Part shown: one piece after another, positions 1-9,427 of the stretch | Layout: every line of letters starts with the position of its first letter | How positions within the stretch are numbered: the stretch's first letter is position 1 | Assembly (NCBI GenBank): GCA_902528135.1 | Contig: CABZRS010000002.1 | Location: forward strand, 15,409 to 79,408 | Length of the DNA: 64,000 bases | Reading direction: 5' to 3' | DNA from: an uncultured Pelagibacteraceae bacterium | Lineage (GTDB): Bacteria; Pseudomonadota; Alphaproteobacteria; Pelagibacterales; Pelagibacteraceae | The notes under the pieces: generated by a model | The model's input: the letters and a program-made list of their open reading frames with translations, nothing else | Told to the model about the DNA's origin: nothing | The model's database searches: none | Translations under genes and position numbers: made by a program

Positions 1-1
1 A

Positions 2-1960
2 AATATGGGAGATGGTACTTACATCCATTCAGGAATTCTATCTATAAGACATGCAGTTGCAGCAGAAACTAAAATGACATTTAAGATTTTGTATAATGAT
101 GCCGTTGCTTTAACAGGAGGTCAAGCATTAGATGGATTACCAACAGTTGCTCAAATGTCTAAACAACTTGAAGCAGAAGGTGTCGAAGAAATTGCAATAA
201 TCACAGATGAAATTGAAAAATATAGTGACAGAGGAGGTTTTGCTAGAAATTCTAAAGTTTATGATAGAAAAAATATTATAGATGTTCAAATTGAATTGAG
301 CAAAATTAATGGAACAACTGTAATAATTTATGATCAAACTTGTGCAGCTGAGAAAAGAAGGAGAAGAAAAAAAGGTATCTTGGAAGAGCCTAAGAAAAAA
401 ATTTTTATTAATAAAGACTTATGTGAAGGTTGTGGAGATTGTGGAATTCAATCTAATTGTGTTTCTATTACACCTGTCGAAACTGAGTATGGAAGAAAAA
501 GACAAATCGACCAATCTTCTTGTAACAAAGATTACACATGCGTAGATGGGTTTTGTCCAAGTTTTGTAAGTCTTGAGGGAGATATAAGACTTAAGAAAAA
601 TTATGACGATAATTTAATTAATAAAATAAATTCAAAGATAGACGATCCAATATTACCTCAAATTGATAAATCTTTTGGAATAATGATTGCTGGAATTGGT
701 GGTACAGGAGTTGTTACAATTGGAGCTGTGCTTGCAACCGCTGCCCAAATAGATGGAAAAGGATCAGGGGTTTTAGACATGACTGGATTAGCACAAAAAG
801 GTGGAGCTGTTAAAAGTTTCTTGAGAATTTTTGAAAAACCAGAAGATGTTGGAGCAATAAGGTTATCTTATGGGGATACTAACTTACTTCTAGGATTTGA
901 TTTACTTGTATCAAATGATTTAGAAATAATAAAAACCTTAGATAAAAAAATTTCAAAATTAATAATTAATACAGATGAAGTTATGCCTGGAGATTTTACA
1001 AGGGACAAAAATTTTTACTTACCATTTGATGAAATGAGAGATAATTTAATTAATATAGCGAGTCAAGAAAATATAAAGTTTATATCAGCAAATAAAATTA
1101 CATCAAAGATTTTAGGAAATTCAATTTTATCAAATATGTTTAATGTAGGAGTAGCTTATCAATCAGGTCTAATACCAATTTCAGCTTCATCAATAGAAAA
1201 AGCAATTGAGTTAAATGGTGCAAGTGTAAAAGATAATATTAATGCATTCAGATTTGGAAGACATTATGAAAATTTAAAAGATGAGGTTTTAGATATAATT
1301 AAAGATGAGCCAGAAGTATTAGAGGGTTTTGAGGAAAAATATAAAAATAGATTTAAGTTTTTGGAAGATTACCAAAATATAAAATATGCTGAAAAATTTG
1401 GAGATCTCGTAAGCTATGCAAGAAAGATAGATAAAAATATAGGAAACGGTAGTCAATTCTCAAATGCAGTTTTAAAAAATTATTTCAAATTAATGGCATA
1501 CAAAGATGAGTATGAAGTATCGAGATTAATGACAAATAAAAAATTCGTAGACGATGTAAATAAAAACTTTGAAGGTGACTTTAATTATAATTTTTATTTA
1601 GCCCCTCCAATTTTTAGTAAAAAAAGTAAAGTTGATGGGAAATTGCTTAAAATTAAATTTGGAGGATGGTTATTTAATGTGTTTAAATTACTTTCTAAAT
1701 TAAAATTTTTAAGAGGTACAAAGCTTGATCCATTTGGTTATTTAAATGAAAGAAAAAAGGAAAGAGAATTAATAAGAGATTATAAGCAAACAATTACTGG
1801 TATAGGAACAAAAATAAATAAATCAAACTACGAAACAGCAGTTAAAATAGCATCAATACCTGATCAAATCAGAGGTTTTGGACATGTTAAGGAAAAGAAT
1901 ATAAAAGAAGCAATAAACTATAGAACAGATTTACTAAATTCTTTTCATGAAAACACTTAG
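2..1960 (+). CDS. Indolepyruvate ferredoxin oxidoreductase family protein (fused alpha/beta), 5'-truncated by window edge
   Basis: ThDP-binding GDGTYxHSG...YND, ferredoxin motif CEGCGDC...SNC, then GIGGTGV and GLAQKGG of the POR gamma/IorB domain; reading frame is open at the left edge. Confidence 0.9.
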   Translation, partial: NMGDGTYIHSGILSIRHAVAAETKMTFKILYNDAVALTGGQALDGLPTVAQMSKQLEAEGVEEIAIITDEIEKYSDRGGFARNSKVYDRKNIIDVQIELSKINGTTVIIYDQTCAAEKRRRRKKGILEEPKKKIFINKDLCEGCGDCGIQSNCVSITPVETEYGRKRQIDQSSCNKDYTCVDGFCPSFVSLEGDIRLKKNYDDNLINKINSKIDDPILPQIDKSFGIMIAGIGGTGVVTIGAVLATAAQIDGKGSGVLDMTGLAQKGGAVKSFLRIFEKPEDVGAIRLSYGDTNLLLGFDLLVSNDLEIIKTLDKKISKLIINTDEVMPGDFTRDKNFYLPFDEMRDNLINIASQENIKFISANKITSKILGNSILSNMFNVGVAYQSGLIPISASSIEKAIELNGASVKDNINAFRFGRHYENLKDEVLDIIKDEPEVLEGFEEKYKNRFKFLEDYQNIKYAEKFGDLVSYARKIDKNIGNGSQFSNAVLKNYFKLMAYKDEYEVSRLMTNKKFVDDVNKNFEGDFNYNFYLAPPIFSKKSKVDGKLLKIKFGGWLFNVFKLLSKLKFLRGTKLDPFGYLNERKKERELIRDYKQTITGIGTKINKSNYETAVKIASIPDQIRGFGHVKEKNIKEAINYRTDLLNSFHENT

Positions 1961-2852
1961 CCCTTTATATTTAGCCTCTCTTTATTTGGTTTTAGCTTGT
2001 TTATTTTGGGCAGGCAACTTTATAGTAGGAAAAGCTGCAAGCATTATTGATATTCCTCCGATATCATTAAATTTTTATAGATGGTTTTTGGCCTGGTTAG
2101 TTTTACTTCCATTCACTTATAAAGAATTATTAAATAACCAAAAAATTATAATAGATAATATTTTTTTATTTTCATTATTGGGAATTTTGGCTGTGACAGT
2201 TTTTAATTCAGCTCTTTTTTACTCCCTGAGACATACCCAAGTAATTACTGGATTACTTATGATTTCAACAGTGCCAGTTATGATTATATTATTTTCATTC
2301 TTACTTAAAATTGAGAAAACAAATTCATTTCAAATAATAGGTGTATTTCTCTCACTTACAGGTGTTTTGTTTATAATAACAAAAGCAAATTTAAATAATT
2401 TATTAAATTTGTCATTTAACAAAGGGGACATTTTCGCGTTAATCGCAATGTTTGCATGGTCTCTTTATTCAGCTCTTCTGAAAAAAAAGGAATTTAATCT
2501 ATCTCCAATTTCTTTATTGCAGGTCGTTATAACCTTTGGAGTTATTTTTCTAATTCCTATGTATTTTATTGATTATAGTTTGGGCAGTGTAATCAAATTA
2601 CAATCCTCTTTTTATTTAGTTTTATTTTATGTTGTTATTTTCCCTGGTCTAATCTCATTTCTGTTTTGGATAAAAGGTGTAAAACTTATTGGGGCCAATA
2701 GATCTGGAGTTTTTCTTCATTTGATGCCAATTCTAGGTGCAATAATGGCTATGATAATTTTCAATGAAAAAATTTTATTTTATCATTTCTTAGGTGCAAT
2801 TTTTATAATTGCTGGTATTACAATTTCGAATAAAAAAACTCAAAATGCTTAA
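1947..2852 (+). CDS. DMT/EamA family transporter
   Basis: About 10 hydrophobic segments, FWAGNFIVGK N-terminal motif, two EamA repeats. Confidence 0.88.
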   Translation: MKTLSPLYLASLYLVLACLFWAGNFIVGKAASIIDIPPISLNFYRWFLAWLVLLPFTYKELLNNQKIIIDNIFLFSLLGILAVTVFNSALFYSLRHTQVITGLLMISTVPVMIILFSFLLKIEKTNSFQIIGVFLSLTGVLFIITKANLNNLLNLSFNKGDIFALIAMFAWSLYSALLKKKEFNLSPISLLQVVITFGVIFLIPMYFIDYSLGSVIKLQSSFYLVLFYVVIFPGLISFLFWIKGVKLIGANRSGVFLHLMPILGAIMAMIIFNEKILFYHFLGAIFIIAGITISNKKTQNA

Positions 2853-3795
2853 GGTAGCTATTTTAGACGATTATCAAAACGTTGCTCAAGAATTTATAGA
2901 TTTGAAAAATCTTTCATCAAAGTTTGATATTGAGATTTTCAGTGAACCTTTTGAAAACGAGGATGATGCAATAGAAAAATTAAAAGATTTTGAAGCTCTG
3001 CTTATAATGAGAGAAAGAACATCAATTACTTCAAATCTAATTAAATGTTTGAAAAAACTAAAATACATTTCTACAAGCGGAATGAGAAATAAAGCCATAG
3101 ATCTCGAAGCAACAAAAAAAGCAAAAATTGTTGTTACTGGAACAGAAATTAACTCAAACCCTACCTGTGAATTAACATGGGCGTTAATTTTAGGACTAGC
3201 TAGAAATATTAAGGTAGAAGTTGATAATATGTACCAAGGCTATTGGCAGACAACAGTGGGAGTTGAATTAAAAGGAAAAATTCTGGGCCTTATTGGTTTA
3301 GGAAAAGTTGGATCCCAGGTTGCTAAAATTGCAAAAGCTTTTGGCATGCAAGTTATGGCATGGAGCGAAAATCTCAGTCTAGATAAGTGTAAAGAACTTG
3401 ATGTTTTACCATCTAGTAAAGAGGATCTTATTCAAAATTCTGACTTTATATCAATTCATGTCCAAGGAGGAGAACGATACAAGGATTGTATTAAGCTCGC
3501 TGAATTTGATAAAATGAAAAAAACTGCATTTATAATTAATACTTCACGAGGTCCAATTGTTAACGAAGATGATTTAATTATAGCTTTATCAACTAATGTA
3601 ATAGCTGGTGCTGGTATAGATGTTTATGATAGAGAACCTCTACCTAGTGGTCATAAATTAAGATTTGTTCCCAATGCACTTTTGCTTCCACATTTAGGCT
3701 ATGTAACCGCTGAAAATTATTCTATTTTCTATACGCAAATGATTGAAAATTTAGAAGCTTGTGTTGCGGGTAAGCCTATTAGAGAAATTAAATAA
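2845..3795 (+). CDS. D-2-hydroxyacid dehydrogenase family protein
   Basis: MLKVAILDDYQ start (ATG 2845), GLIGLGKVG Rossmann motif, INTSRG, DVY.REP, PHLGY. Confidence 0.9.
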   Translation: MLKVAILDDYQNVAQEFIDLKNLSSKFDIEIFSEPFENEDDAIEKLKDFEALLIMRERTSITSNLIKCLKKLKYISTSGMRNKAIDLEATKKAKIVVTGTEINSNPTCELTWALILGLARNIKVEVDNMYQGYWQTTVGVELKGKILGLIGLGKVGSQVAKIAKAFGMQVMAWSENLSLDKCKELDVLPSSKEDLIQNSDFISIHVQGGERYKDCIKLAEFDKMKKTAFIINTSRGPIVNEDDLIIALSTNVIAGAGIDVYDREPLPSGHKLRFVPNALLLPHLGYVTAENYSIFYTQMIENLEACVAGKPIREIK

Positions 3796-3796
3796 A

Positions 3797-4702
3797 GTGG
3801 AATTTCCAGTTGTAAATCACCCAGATTATGAAGCTAAAATTGGAGATGATCATAAGTTTCCAATTAAAAAATTTGGTGAATTGGCAAAATATCTAAAAAA
3901 ACAAAAAATTGTTAAAGAATTTCATATTCCAAAAGAATGTTCAGTTGATACTTTAACTCAAGTTCATTCAATGAATTATGTTATTAAAATAAAAAATAAA
4001 ACTTTAGAGAAAGAAAAAGTTAAAAAAATCGGTTTCCCATTGGTTGATAGCGTTGTTAGAAGATCTCTAGTTGCAACTGGAGGAACGGTGCTTGCTTCAA
4101 AACTTGCTTTAAACTTTGGTATTGCTTGTAATACTGCTGGTGGGAGTCACCATGCAAATTATAATGAGGGTGCAGGTTTTTGTGTTTTTAATGATGTGGC
4201 AGTTAGTGCAAAATATTTAACATCAAGAGGCCTAGCACAAAAAATTTTAATTGTTGATTTAGATGTGCATCAAGGAAATGGATCCTCAGATATTTTTAAA
4301 AATGATAGTAATGTTTTTACTTTTAGTATGCATTCAAAGGTTAATTATCCACCTATAAAATCTACTAGTGATCTTGATATTGAACTTAAGCAAAATATGG
4401 AGGATAATGAATATTTAGATATTCTTGAATTTAATTTAAAAAATCTAATAAATTATGAGTTTGACTTTGTATTTTATGTAGCTGGAGTCGATATTCACAA
4501 AAATGATAGATTAGGCAAATTAAACATAACAGACGAAGGTATAGAAAAAAGAGATCAATTAGTTATAAGAAGTTTTTTTCAAAAAAAAATACCAATTTGT
4601 GGTGTCTTAGGGGGTGGATATAATAAAGACTTCGATAAACTTATTGAATTACACTCAAGTTTACATAAAAATTGCAAAAAAATTCTTAATGAAAAAAATT
4701 AA
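3797..4702 (+). CDS. Histone deacetylase family Zn-dependent amidohydrolase
   Basis: HKFP, GGSHHA, GFCVFND, DLDVHQGNG, GGGY motifs; probable GTG start just after the upstream stop. Confidence 0.9.
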   Translation: MEFPVVNHPDYEAKIGDDHKFPIKKFGELAKYLKKQKIVKEFHIPKECSVDTLTQVHSMNYVIKIKNKTLEKEKVKKIGFPLVDSVVRRSLVATGGTVLASKLALNFGIACNTAGGSHHANYNEGAGFCVFNDVAVSAKYLTSRGLAQKILIVDLDVHQGNGSSDIFKNDSNVFTFSMHSKVNYPPIKSTSDLDIELKQNMEDNEYLDILEFNLKNLINYEFDFVFYVAGVDIHKNDRLGKLNITDEGIEKRDQLVIRSFFQKKIPICGVLGGGYNKDFDKLIELHSSLHKNCKKILNEKN

Positions 4703-5060
4703 TCCAAATTTATCAAATACGCAGAACAAAATTTTATTTGAAGAGGCCACAGAGCAACCAGGCTCAAGTGAATTAAATCATGAAAAAAGAGAGGGTACCT
4801 ATCATTGCGCTAATTGTGGAGTAAAGTTGTTTGACTCAAATACTAAATATGAAAGTGGATCTGGCTGGCCTTCATTCTATGAATCTTTGCCTGATGCATT
4901 TGAAACCACAACCGATTATCACATTGGTTATGCTAGAACCGAATATCATTGCAAGAATTGTGGAGGTCATCATGGTCATATATTTGACGACGGTCCACAA
5001 CCTACGGGCAAAAGATACTGCAACAACGGTGTTTGCTTGGTTTTTAAACCTAACAAATAA
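4689..5060 (+). CDS. msrB: Peptide-methionine (R)-S-oxide reductase
   Basis: CANC and CKNC Zn motifs, SGSGWPSF, GHIFDDGP, RYCNN; ATG at 4689 is the likely start. Confidence 0.95.
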   Translation: MKKINPNLSNTQNKILFEEATEQPGSSELNHEKREGTYHCANCGVKLFDSNTKYESGSGWPSFYESLPDAFETTTDYHIGYARTEYHCKNCGGHHGHIFDDGPQPTGKRYCNNGVCLVFKPNK

Positions 5061-5125
5061 TACAAACTTAAAATTATCTTGTTAAATTTTCTTGTCCAAT
5101 ATAGATTTTTATTTAAATACAAGTT

Positions 5126-5962
5126 ATGAAAAAAATACTTTTGGTCTCATTTCTCGTTTTATTTACAAGTAATTTGAGCGCAGATGTATCCAATAATATT
5201 TCACAATATATATCTAATTTAATCCCTGGTGAGGGTGATACAGAGGTTAGTATTGATTTAAGAGAAAATAATAAACCCGATTATAGTATTCTTACAGTAA
5301 GAGAGATTGAAAAAACTGAAAATGGAAATTTTTTTTCTCAGTTATCTTTATTTAATACAGAAAAAGATAATGATGAGAGAATTGTAGCAAATATTGGCTT
5401 AGGTAAAAGATCATTAAGCCAAGACAATACGCTAATGACTGGTTTCAATGTTTTTCTCGATTATGATGATGCTGGAAACTTAAGATCTAGTTTTGGTTTA
5501 GAAGCAAGAAGTGCAGTTTTAGAATTTATGTACAATCATTATTTTGGACTAGATGATGCGTCAGATGAAAAAGTTTTAGATGGATACGAATTAGGTTTGG
5601 CATCACAAATTCCTTATCTACATTGGGCAGATGTATTTATTAATACTTATGAATGGGAAGGTGTTTCTAGAGACGATGTAAAAGGCACAAAAATTGGATC
5701 AGAATTATTATTAAGTCCAACATTAAATCTAGAAATTGCGTATGATGATAAAGACAAAAAGGGATTAGAAGATGAGTGGTATGCAAAAATAATGTTTGTT
5801 CACCCTCCAAGAAATAAAAATTCTTTACAAGATGGTTTCATAAGTGCAAATACATGGAGAGATCAAAAAGATATGTCTGGCCAATTGTTAACAAAAGTAA
5901 AACGAAATAATAAAATTTTTGTAGAATTTAATGGTAAATCAACAATATCGAGAGCTGATTAA
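5126..5962 (+). CDS. Inverse autotransporter (intimin/invasin-type) beta-barrel protein without passenger domain
   Basis: Signal peptide; NIGLGKR, GFNVFLDYD, R.SFGLE, E.VLDGYE and C-terminal V.RNNKI patterns typical of the intimin/invasin barrel. Confidence 0.75.
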   Translation: MKKILLVSFLVLFTSNLSADVSNNISQYISNLIPGEGDTEVSIDLRENNKPDYSILTVREIEKTENGNFFSQLSLFNTEKDNDERIVANIGLGKRSLSQDNTLMTGFNVFLDYDDAGNLRSSFGLEARSAVLEFMYNHYFGLDDASDEKVLDGYELGLASQIPYLHWADVFINTYEWEGVSRDDVKGTKIGSELLLSPTLNLEIAYDDKDKKGLEDEWYAKIMFVHPPRNKNSLQDGFISANTWRDQKDMSGQLLTKVKRNNKIFVEFNGKSTISRAD

Positions 5963-6738
5963 TGAAAATGACTTTTAGAATATTAATTTTTGTAAAAATC
6001 ATAATGTTCTTTTCAATTTCAACTTTGCAAGCTGCAAGTACAACTGGCCTTGCAAGTGTATACAAAGTAACAATGAAAAAAGTAGAGTTATGTACAGCGA
6101 GTACAAGTGTTTCAAGTTGTGTTGGTGCAGTCGTAATAGGAAATACCGAAAAAGTTGTGGATATTGCATCCGTAAATGCAGGTGCTGCAGCTGCTTCATA
6201 TGGAGATCCAGCACTTTTACCTTTAGGAGAAACTTATACTCATATGAGAGTTACTATAGATAGAAAATTTACCATTCAAGCTGATTTAGAAGTTTCAGGT
6301 GTTACAGATAATTGCACGACGACTGCAGCACTCTCTGGCTCTGCTTATCCTGCAGGAGCTTTAAGTGATAATGAAAAATATGACACAACACCAATTCTTG
6401 CTGACGGGGGCACTGCTGCAGAAGCAGAATTATATTTAAAAAATGATCAAATGAAAGTTTGTGGAAATGCTGCTTGTACTGGAGTGGGTGATGCAAATAC
6501 AATCACTTATGCTCAAGGTAGTGGATCGTCTACTTACCAAACTCAGCATGCAGATGGGAGCACCTCGGACGATCATGTGATGGTCTATACTCTTACATCG
6601 CCTTACACTGTGTCTTTAACCCCTCCAATTATAGATATTAGTTTTGGTACTTCAGCAGCAATCAAAGCAACAGATGTTGGTTCCAATTTTTGTATGTTTG
6701 ACCCACAAGAACCAGTAGTTACAATAACTATTCAATAA
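5962..6738 (+). CDS. Secreted hypothetical protein, Ala/Thr/Gly/Ser-rich with 6 Cys
   Basis: N-terminal signal-like segment, beta-rich composition, start overlaps upstream stop (TAATG). Confidence 0.7.
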   Translation: MKMTFRILIFVKIIMFFSISTLQAASTTGLASVYKVTMKKVELCTASTSVSSCVGAVVIGNTEKVVDIASVNAGAAAASYGDPALLPLGETYTHMRVTIDRKFTIQADLEVSGVTDNCTTTAALSGSAYPAGALSDNEKYDTTPILADGGTAAEAELYLKNDQMKVCGNAACTGVGDANTITYAQGSGSSTYQTQHADGSTSDDHVMVYTLTSPYTVSLTPPIIDISFGTSAAIKATDVGSNFCMFDPQEPVVTITIQ

Positions 6739-6776
6739 AACTTCATAATCTTCATAATTTAATTTAGACTATATTT

Positions 6777-8015
6777 ATGTATAGAAAAGTTGATCATAAA
6801 ATTATTCCAGCAAAAAAAAAGCTAAGAAAATTATCTAAAGATTTTAAGCAAAATTTTAAAAATATTGAAAATTATATAAAAAAAGAGATTTATAAAATAA
6901 AGAGGTTAAAGAAATTATCTAAAAATATTATTCCTGAAATAAAGTATAAAGAACTTTTATCACCTGATCTAAGAATAAATGATCAAATAAAAAAAAGAGG
7001 ATGTATTATTATTAGAGATGTATTTGATCAAAAAAAAATAGGTAAACTTAACAATGATCTAGAAAAATATATTGAACATAATGGATATTACAATGATCAA
7101 AAAAAGAAAGAGGGTCTAGATAATTACTTTAGTGATTTAAAATCTGGTAAGCCTCAAATTTATGGATTGTATTGGTCAAAAGCTCAAATTAAAATCAGGC
7201 ACTCCCAGAAAATGGCCAAAATTAAAAAATTTTTAAATAATCTATGGGTTTTTAAAAATGAGGAATATGAGGTATTTGATCCAAATCGAGAACTTTCATA
7301 CGCTGACAGGATCCGAAGAAGAGAACCAGGCGACAATAGTTTAGGTTTGTCACCACATTGCGATGCAGGGTCAGTTGAAAGATGGATCGATCCTTCTTAT
7401 CAAAAAATTTATAATGATATATTTTCAGATAGATTTAAAAATTTTAATCCATTTGATGCAAAATATAGAGATAGAACAATTGAATTTGAGTCTCCAGCAG
7501 TTGCTCATGTTTTTAGAACTTTTCAAGGTTGGACAGCCTTAACTGAACAGGGCCCTAAAGATGGAACATTACAATTAATTCCTATTTCAAAAGCTATGGC
7601 TTATGTTTTGACCAGAGCTCTGTTAGATGATGTTCCAGATAATGAGTTATGCGGATCGAAAGTTGGAAAAGCACTATCAGTTAATGAAAAATATCATAGC
7701 TTACTTTTGGAGGGATTAATATCAATACCTAAAATGTACCCTGGTGATACAATTTGGTGGCATCCAGATGTTATCCATGCAGTAGAAGACAAGCATTTAG
7801 GAAAAAATTTTTCTAATGTTATTTATGTTGGCGCAACCCCATATTGTAAAAAAAATTTAGATTATATAAACAAGCAATCAAAAAAGTTTTTAGAGGGAAA
7901 AAGTCCACCAGATTTTGCACCAGAAGATTTTGAGGTTAATTATAAAGGAAGGGTGACAGAAAAAGATCTAAGCGTTCTTGCAAAAAAACAATTAGGTTTA
8001 GTTGATTGGAATTAA
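6777..8015 (+). CDS. YbiU/DUF1479 family putative Fe(II)/2OG oxygenase
   Basis: YADRIRRR.PG, LSPHCDAGSVERW, FRTFQGWTAL, WWHPDVIHAVE, G.SPPDF motifs. Confidence 0.85.
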   Translation: MYRKVDHKIIPAKKKLRKLSKDFKQNFKNIENYIKKEIYKIKRLKKLSKNIIPEIKYKELLSPDLRINDQIKKRGCIIIRDVFDQKKIGKLNNDLEKYIEHNGYYNDQKKKEGLDNYFSDLKSGKPQIYGLYWSKAQIKIRHSQKMAKIKKFLNNLWVFKNEEYEVFDPNRELSYADRIRRREPGDNSLGLSPHCDAGSVERWIDPSYQKIYNDIFSDRFKNFNPFDAKYRDRTIEFESPAVAHVFRTFQGWTALTEQGPKDGTLQLIPISKAMAYVLTRALLDDVPDNELCGSKVGKALSVNEKYHSLLLEGLISIPKMYPGDTIWWHPDVIHAVEDKHLGKNFSNVIYVGATPYCKKNLDYINKQSKKFLEGKSPPDFAPEDFEVNYKGRVTEKDLSVLAKKQLGLVDWN

Positions 8016-8016
8016 C

Positions 8017-8271
8017 TTACTTTAAAGATGCTTCTAAAGTACCATTTTTTTCTAGGTCTCTAAGTTCTTGATAACCACCAATATGCTCATCGTTAAAAAA
8101 GATTTGAGGAATTGTACGTTTTCCATTTGCTTTTTTAATCATTTCATCTCTTAAATCTGGACCAGTTGATACATCAATCACTTTGTATTCAAGATTATTT
8201 CTATTCAGTAATCTTTTTGCAGCATCACAAAAGGCGCACATTGGACCTGAATACATAGTTATATTTTTCAT
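8017..8271 (-). CDS. grxC: Glutaredoxin 3
   Basis: CAFC active site, RTIPQIF, HIGG. Confidence 0.9.
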   Translation of the reverse strand: MKNITMYSGPMCAFCDAAKRLLNRNNLEYKVIDVSTGPDLRDEMIKKANGKRTIPQIFFNDEHIGGYQELRDLEKNGTLEASLK

Positions 8272-8299
8272 ACTTTAGATATAATTATATTTTGCTAAT

Positions 8300-8599
8300 T
8301 TACCAGTTAAGAATTTCATTTTTCTTAATTTTTACTCTTATTTGTTTTCTTGAATATTCAAATTTTTTTCTATGTTTAATACTTTGTGAATTTACTCTTT
8401 TTCTCCATAACCTAAAAGACGAAGGTTTAAGATTTCTTCTCATTATCTTAATAACGTCAGCTTCAGTTTTTCCTGTTTTTTTTTCTATTTCCTCAAATGT
8501 AATTCTGTCAGCCCATGCTGCCCAGATAACCCAATCTGGACTTCCTGGTTTTGGCTCAGGGTTTTTGACTTTGGTTGTAGGCCTGTGACTTTTTTTCAT
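8300..8599 (-). CDS. TIGR03643/DUF2805 family protein
   Basis: AW.DRITFEEI...E.DVIKIMRRNLKPSSFRLWRKRV. Confidence 0.8.
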   Translation of the reverse strand: MKKSHRPTTKVKNPEPKPGSPDWVIWAAWADRITFEEIEKKTGKTEADVIKIMRRNLKPSSFRLWRKRVNSQSIKHRKKFEYSRKQIRVKIKKNEILNW

Positions 8600-8647
8600 A
8601 GATTTTTCAGTAAAACCCTAAATAAATTTTAATGCAAATTTTAATGC

Positions 8648-8719
8648 TTATGATAATATCATAATTAGATAGTCCTATCTAGCCATCTTTAGCTCCCGGT
8701 TTTTTAGGACTATCCTAAG
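8648..8719 (+). promoter_or_regulatory. Structured 5' leader of LysE/RhtB gene (candidate cis-regulatory RNA) with an upstream palindrome
   Basis: 10-bp perfect inverted repeat GATAGTCCTA (8668-8677)/TAGGACTATC (8705-8714) covering the AGGA RBS; palindrome TTATGATA-A-TATCATAA at 8648-8664. Confidence 0.6.
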
Positions 8720-9334
8720 ATGCTTCCTCTAAATTATTTCCTTTTTCTCCAAATAATTCTTTTCATGTTTATTACCCCTGGAACACCTAGGATAGTAATA
8801 ATTTCATATTCAATAAATTATGGAGTTAAGAAATGCGTATGGACAGCATTAGGAGATGTAACTGCAAATATTATTCAAGCAACTCTTGTTATATTTGTTA
8901 TTGGTTCATTTATTTCAGATAATCCTAAGTTGCTTAATACATTTAAATGGCTTGGAATAGTTTATATTCTATATCTCGCCTATGATATTTATAAATCCCG
9001 ACCAAAAAGTATAAATTCTAATGAAAAATCTGAAAAAAGTTTTTTATCTTTTTATAAAGACGGCTTTTTAGTTGCTGGAACAAGTCCTAAAGCTTGGATG
9101 TTTTTTCCGTTTATTTTTCCACAATTTATTGATTTTAGCTCTAATTATGTTGTTCAATTTATTATTCTAATAACAACATATGTAATTTTAGATTTTTTAT
9201 CTTTAGTCGGTTACGCAATTCTAGCAAATAAAATGATTACTTGGGTTAAAGCTAACGCAAAAGTTATAAACACAATTTCTGCGTGCGTTTTAATAGTAAT
9301 AGCTGGCATAATTGCAATTATGCAACAATATTAG
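8720..9334 (+). CDS. LysE/RhtB family amino acid exporter
   Basis: ITPG near the N-terminus, KWLG..Y..YL, GFLV..TSPKA, about 6 TM segments. Confidence 0.85.
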   Translation: MLPLNYFLFLQIILFMFITPGTPRIVIISYSINYGVKKCVWTALGDVTANIIQATLVIFVIGSFISDNPKLLNTFKWLGIVYILYLAYDIYKSRPKSINSNEKSEKSFLSFYKDGFLVAGTSPKAWMFFPFIFPQFIDFSSNYVVQFIILITTYVILDFLSLVGYAILANKMITWVKANAKVINTISACVLIVIAGIIAIMQQY

Positions 9335-9427
9335 GCGTTAATGCGATACTACTGTTACTTGAAAAAAAATTAATTTCTTAGTTAAATAGGGTTTAAATTA
9401 ATTAATTAATAATAAAAGAGGAGATAA

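Noticed and set aside
8292-8588. 98-aa + strand ORF
   Set aside because: Antisense shadow of the TIGR03643-family gene; no motifs
9395-9412. TTAATTAATTAAT palindromic run upstream of the SBP gene
   Set aside because: Low-complexity AT sequence expected at this base composition
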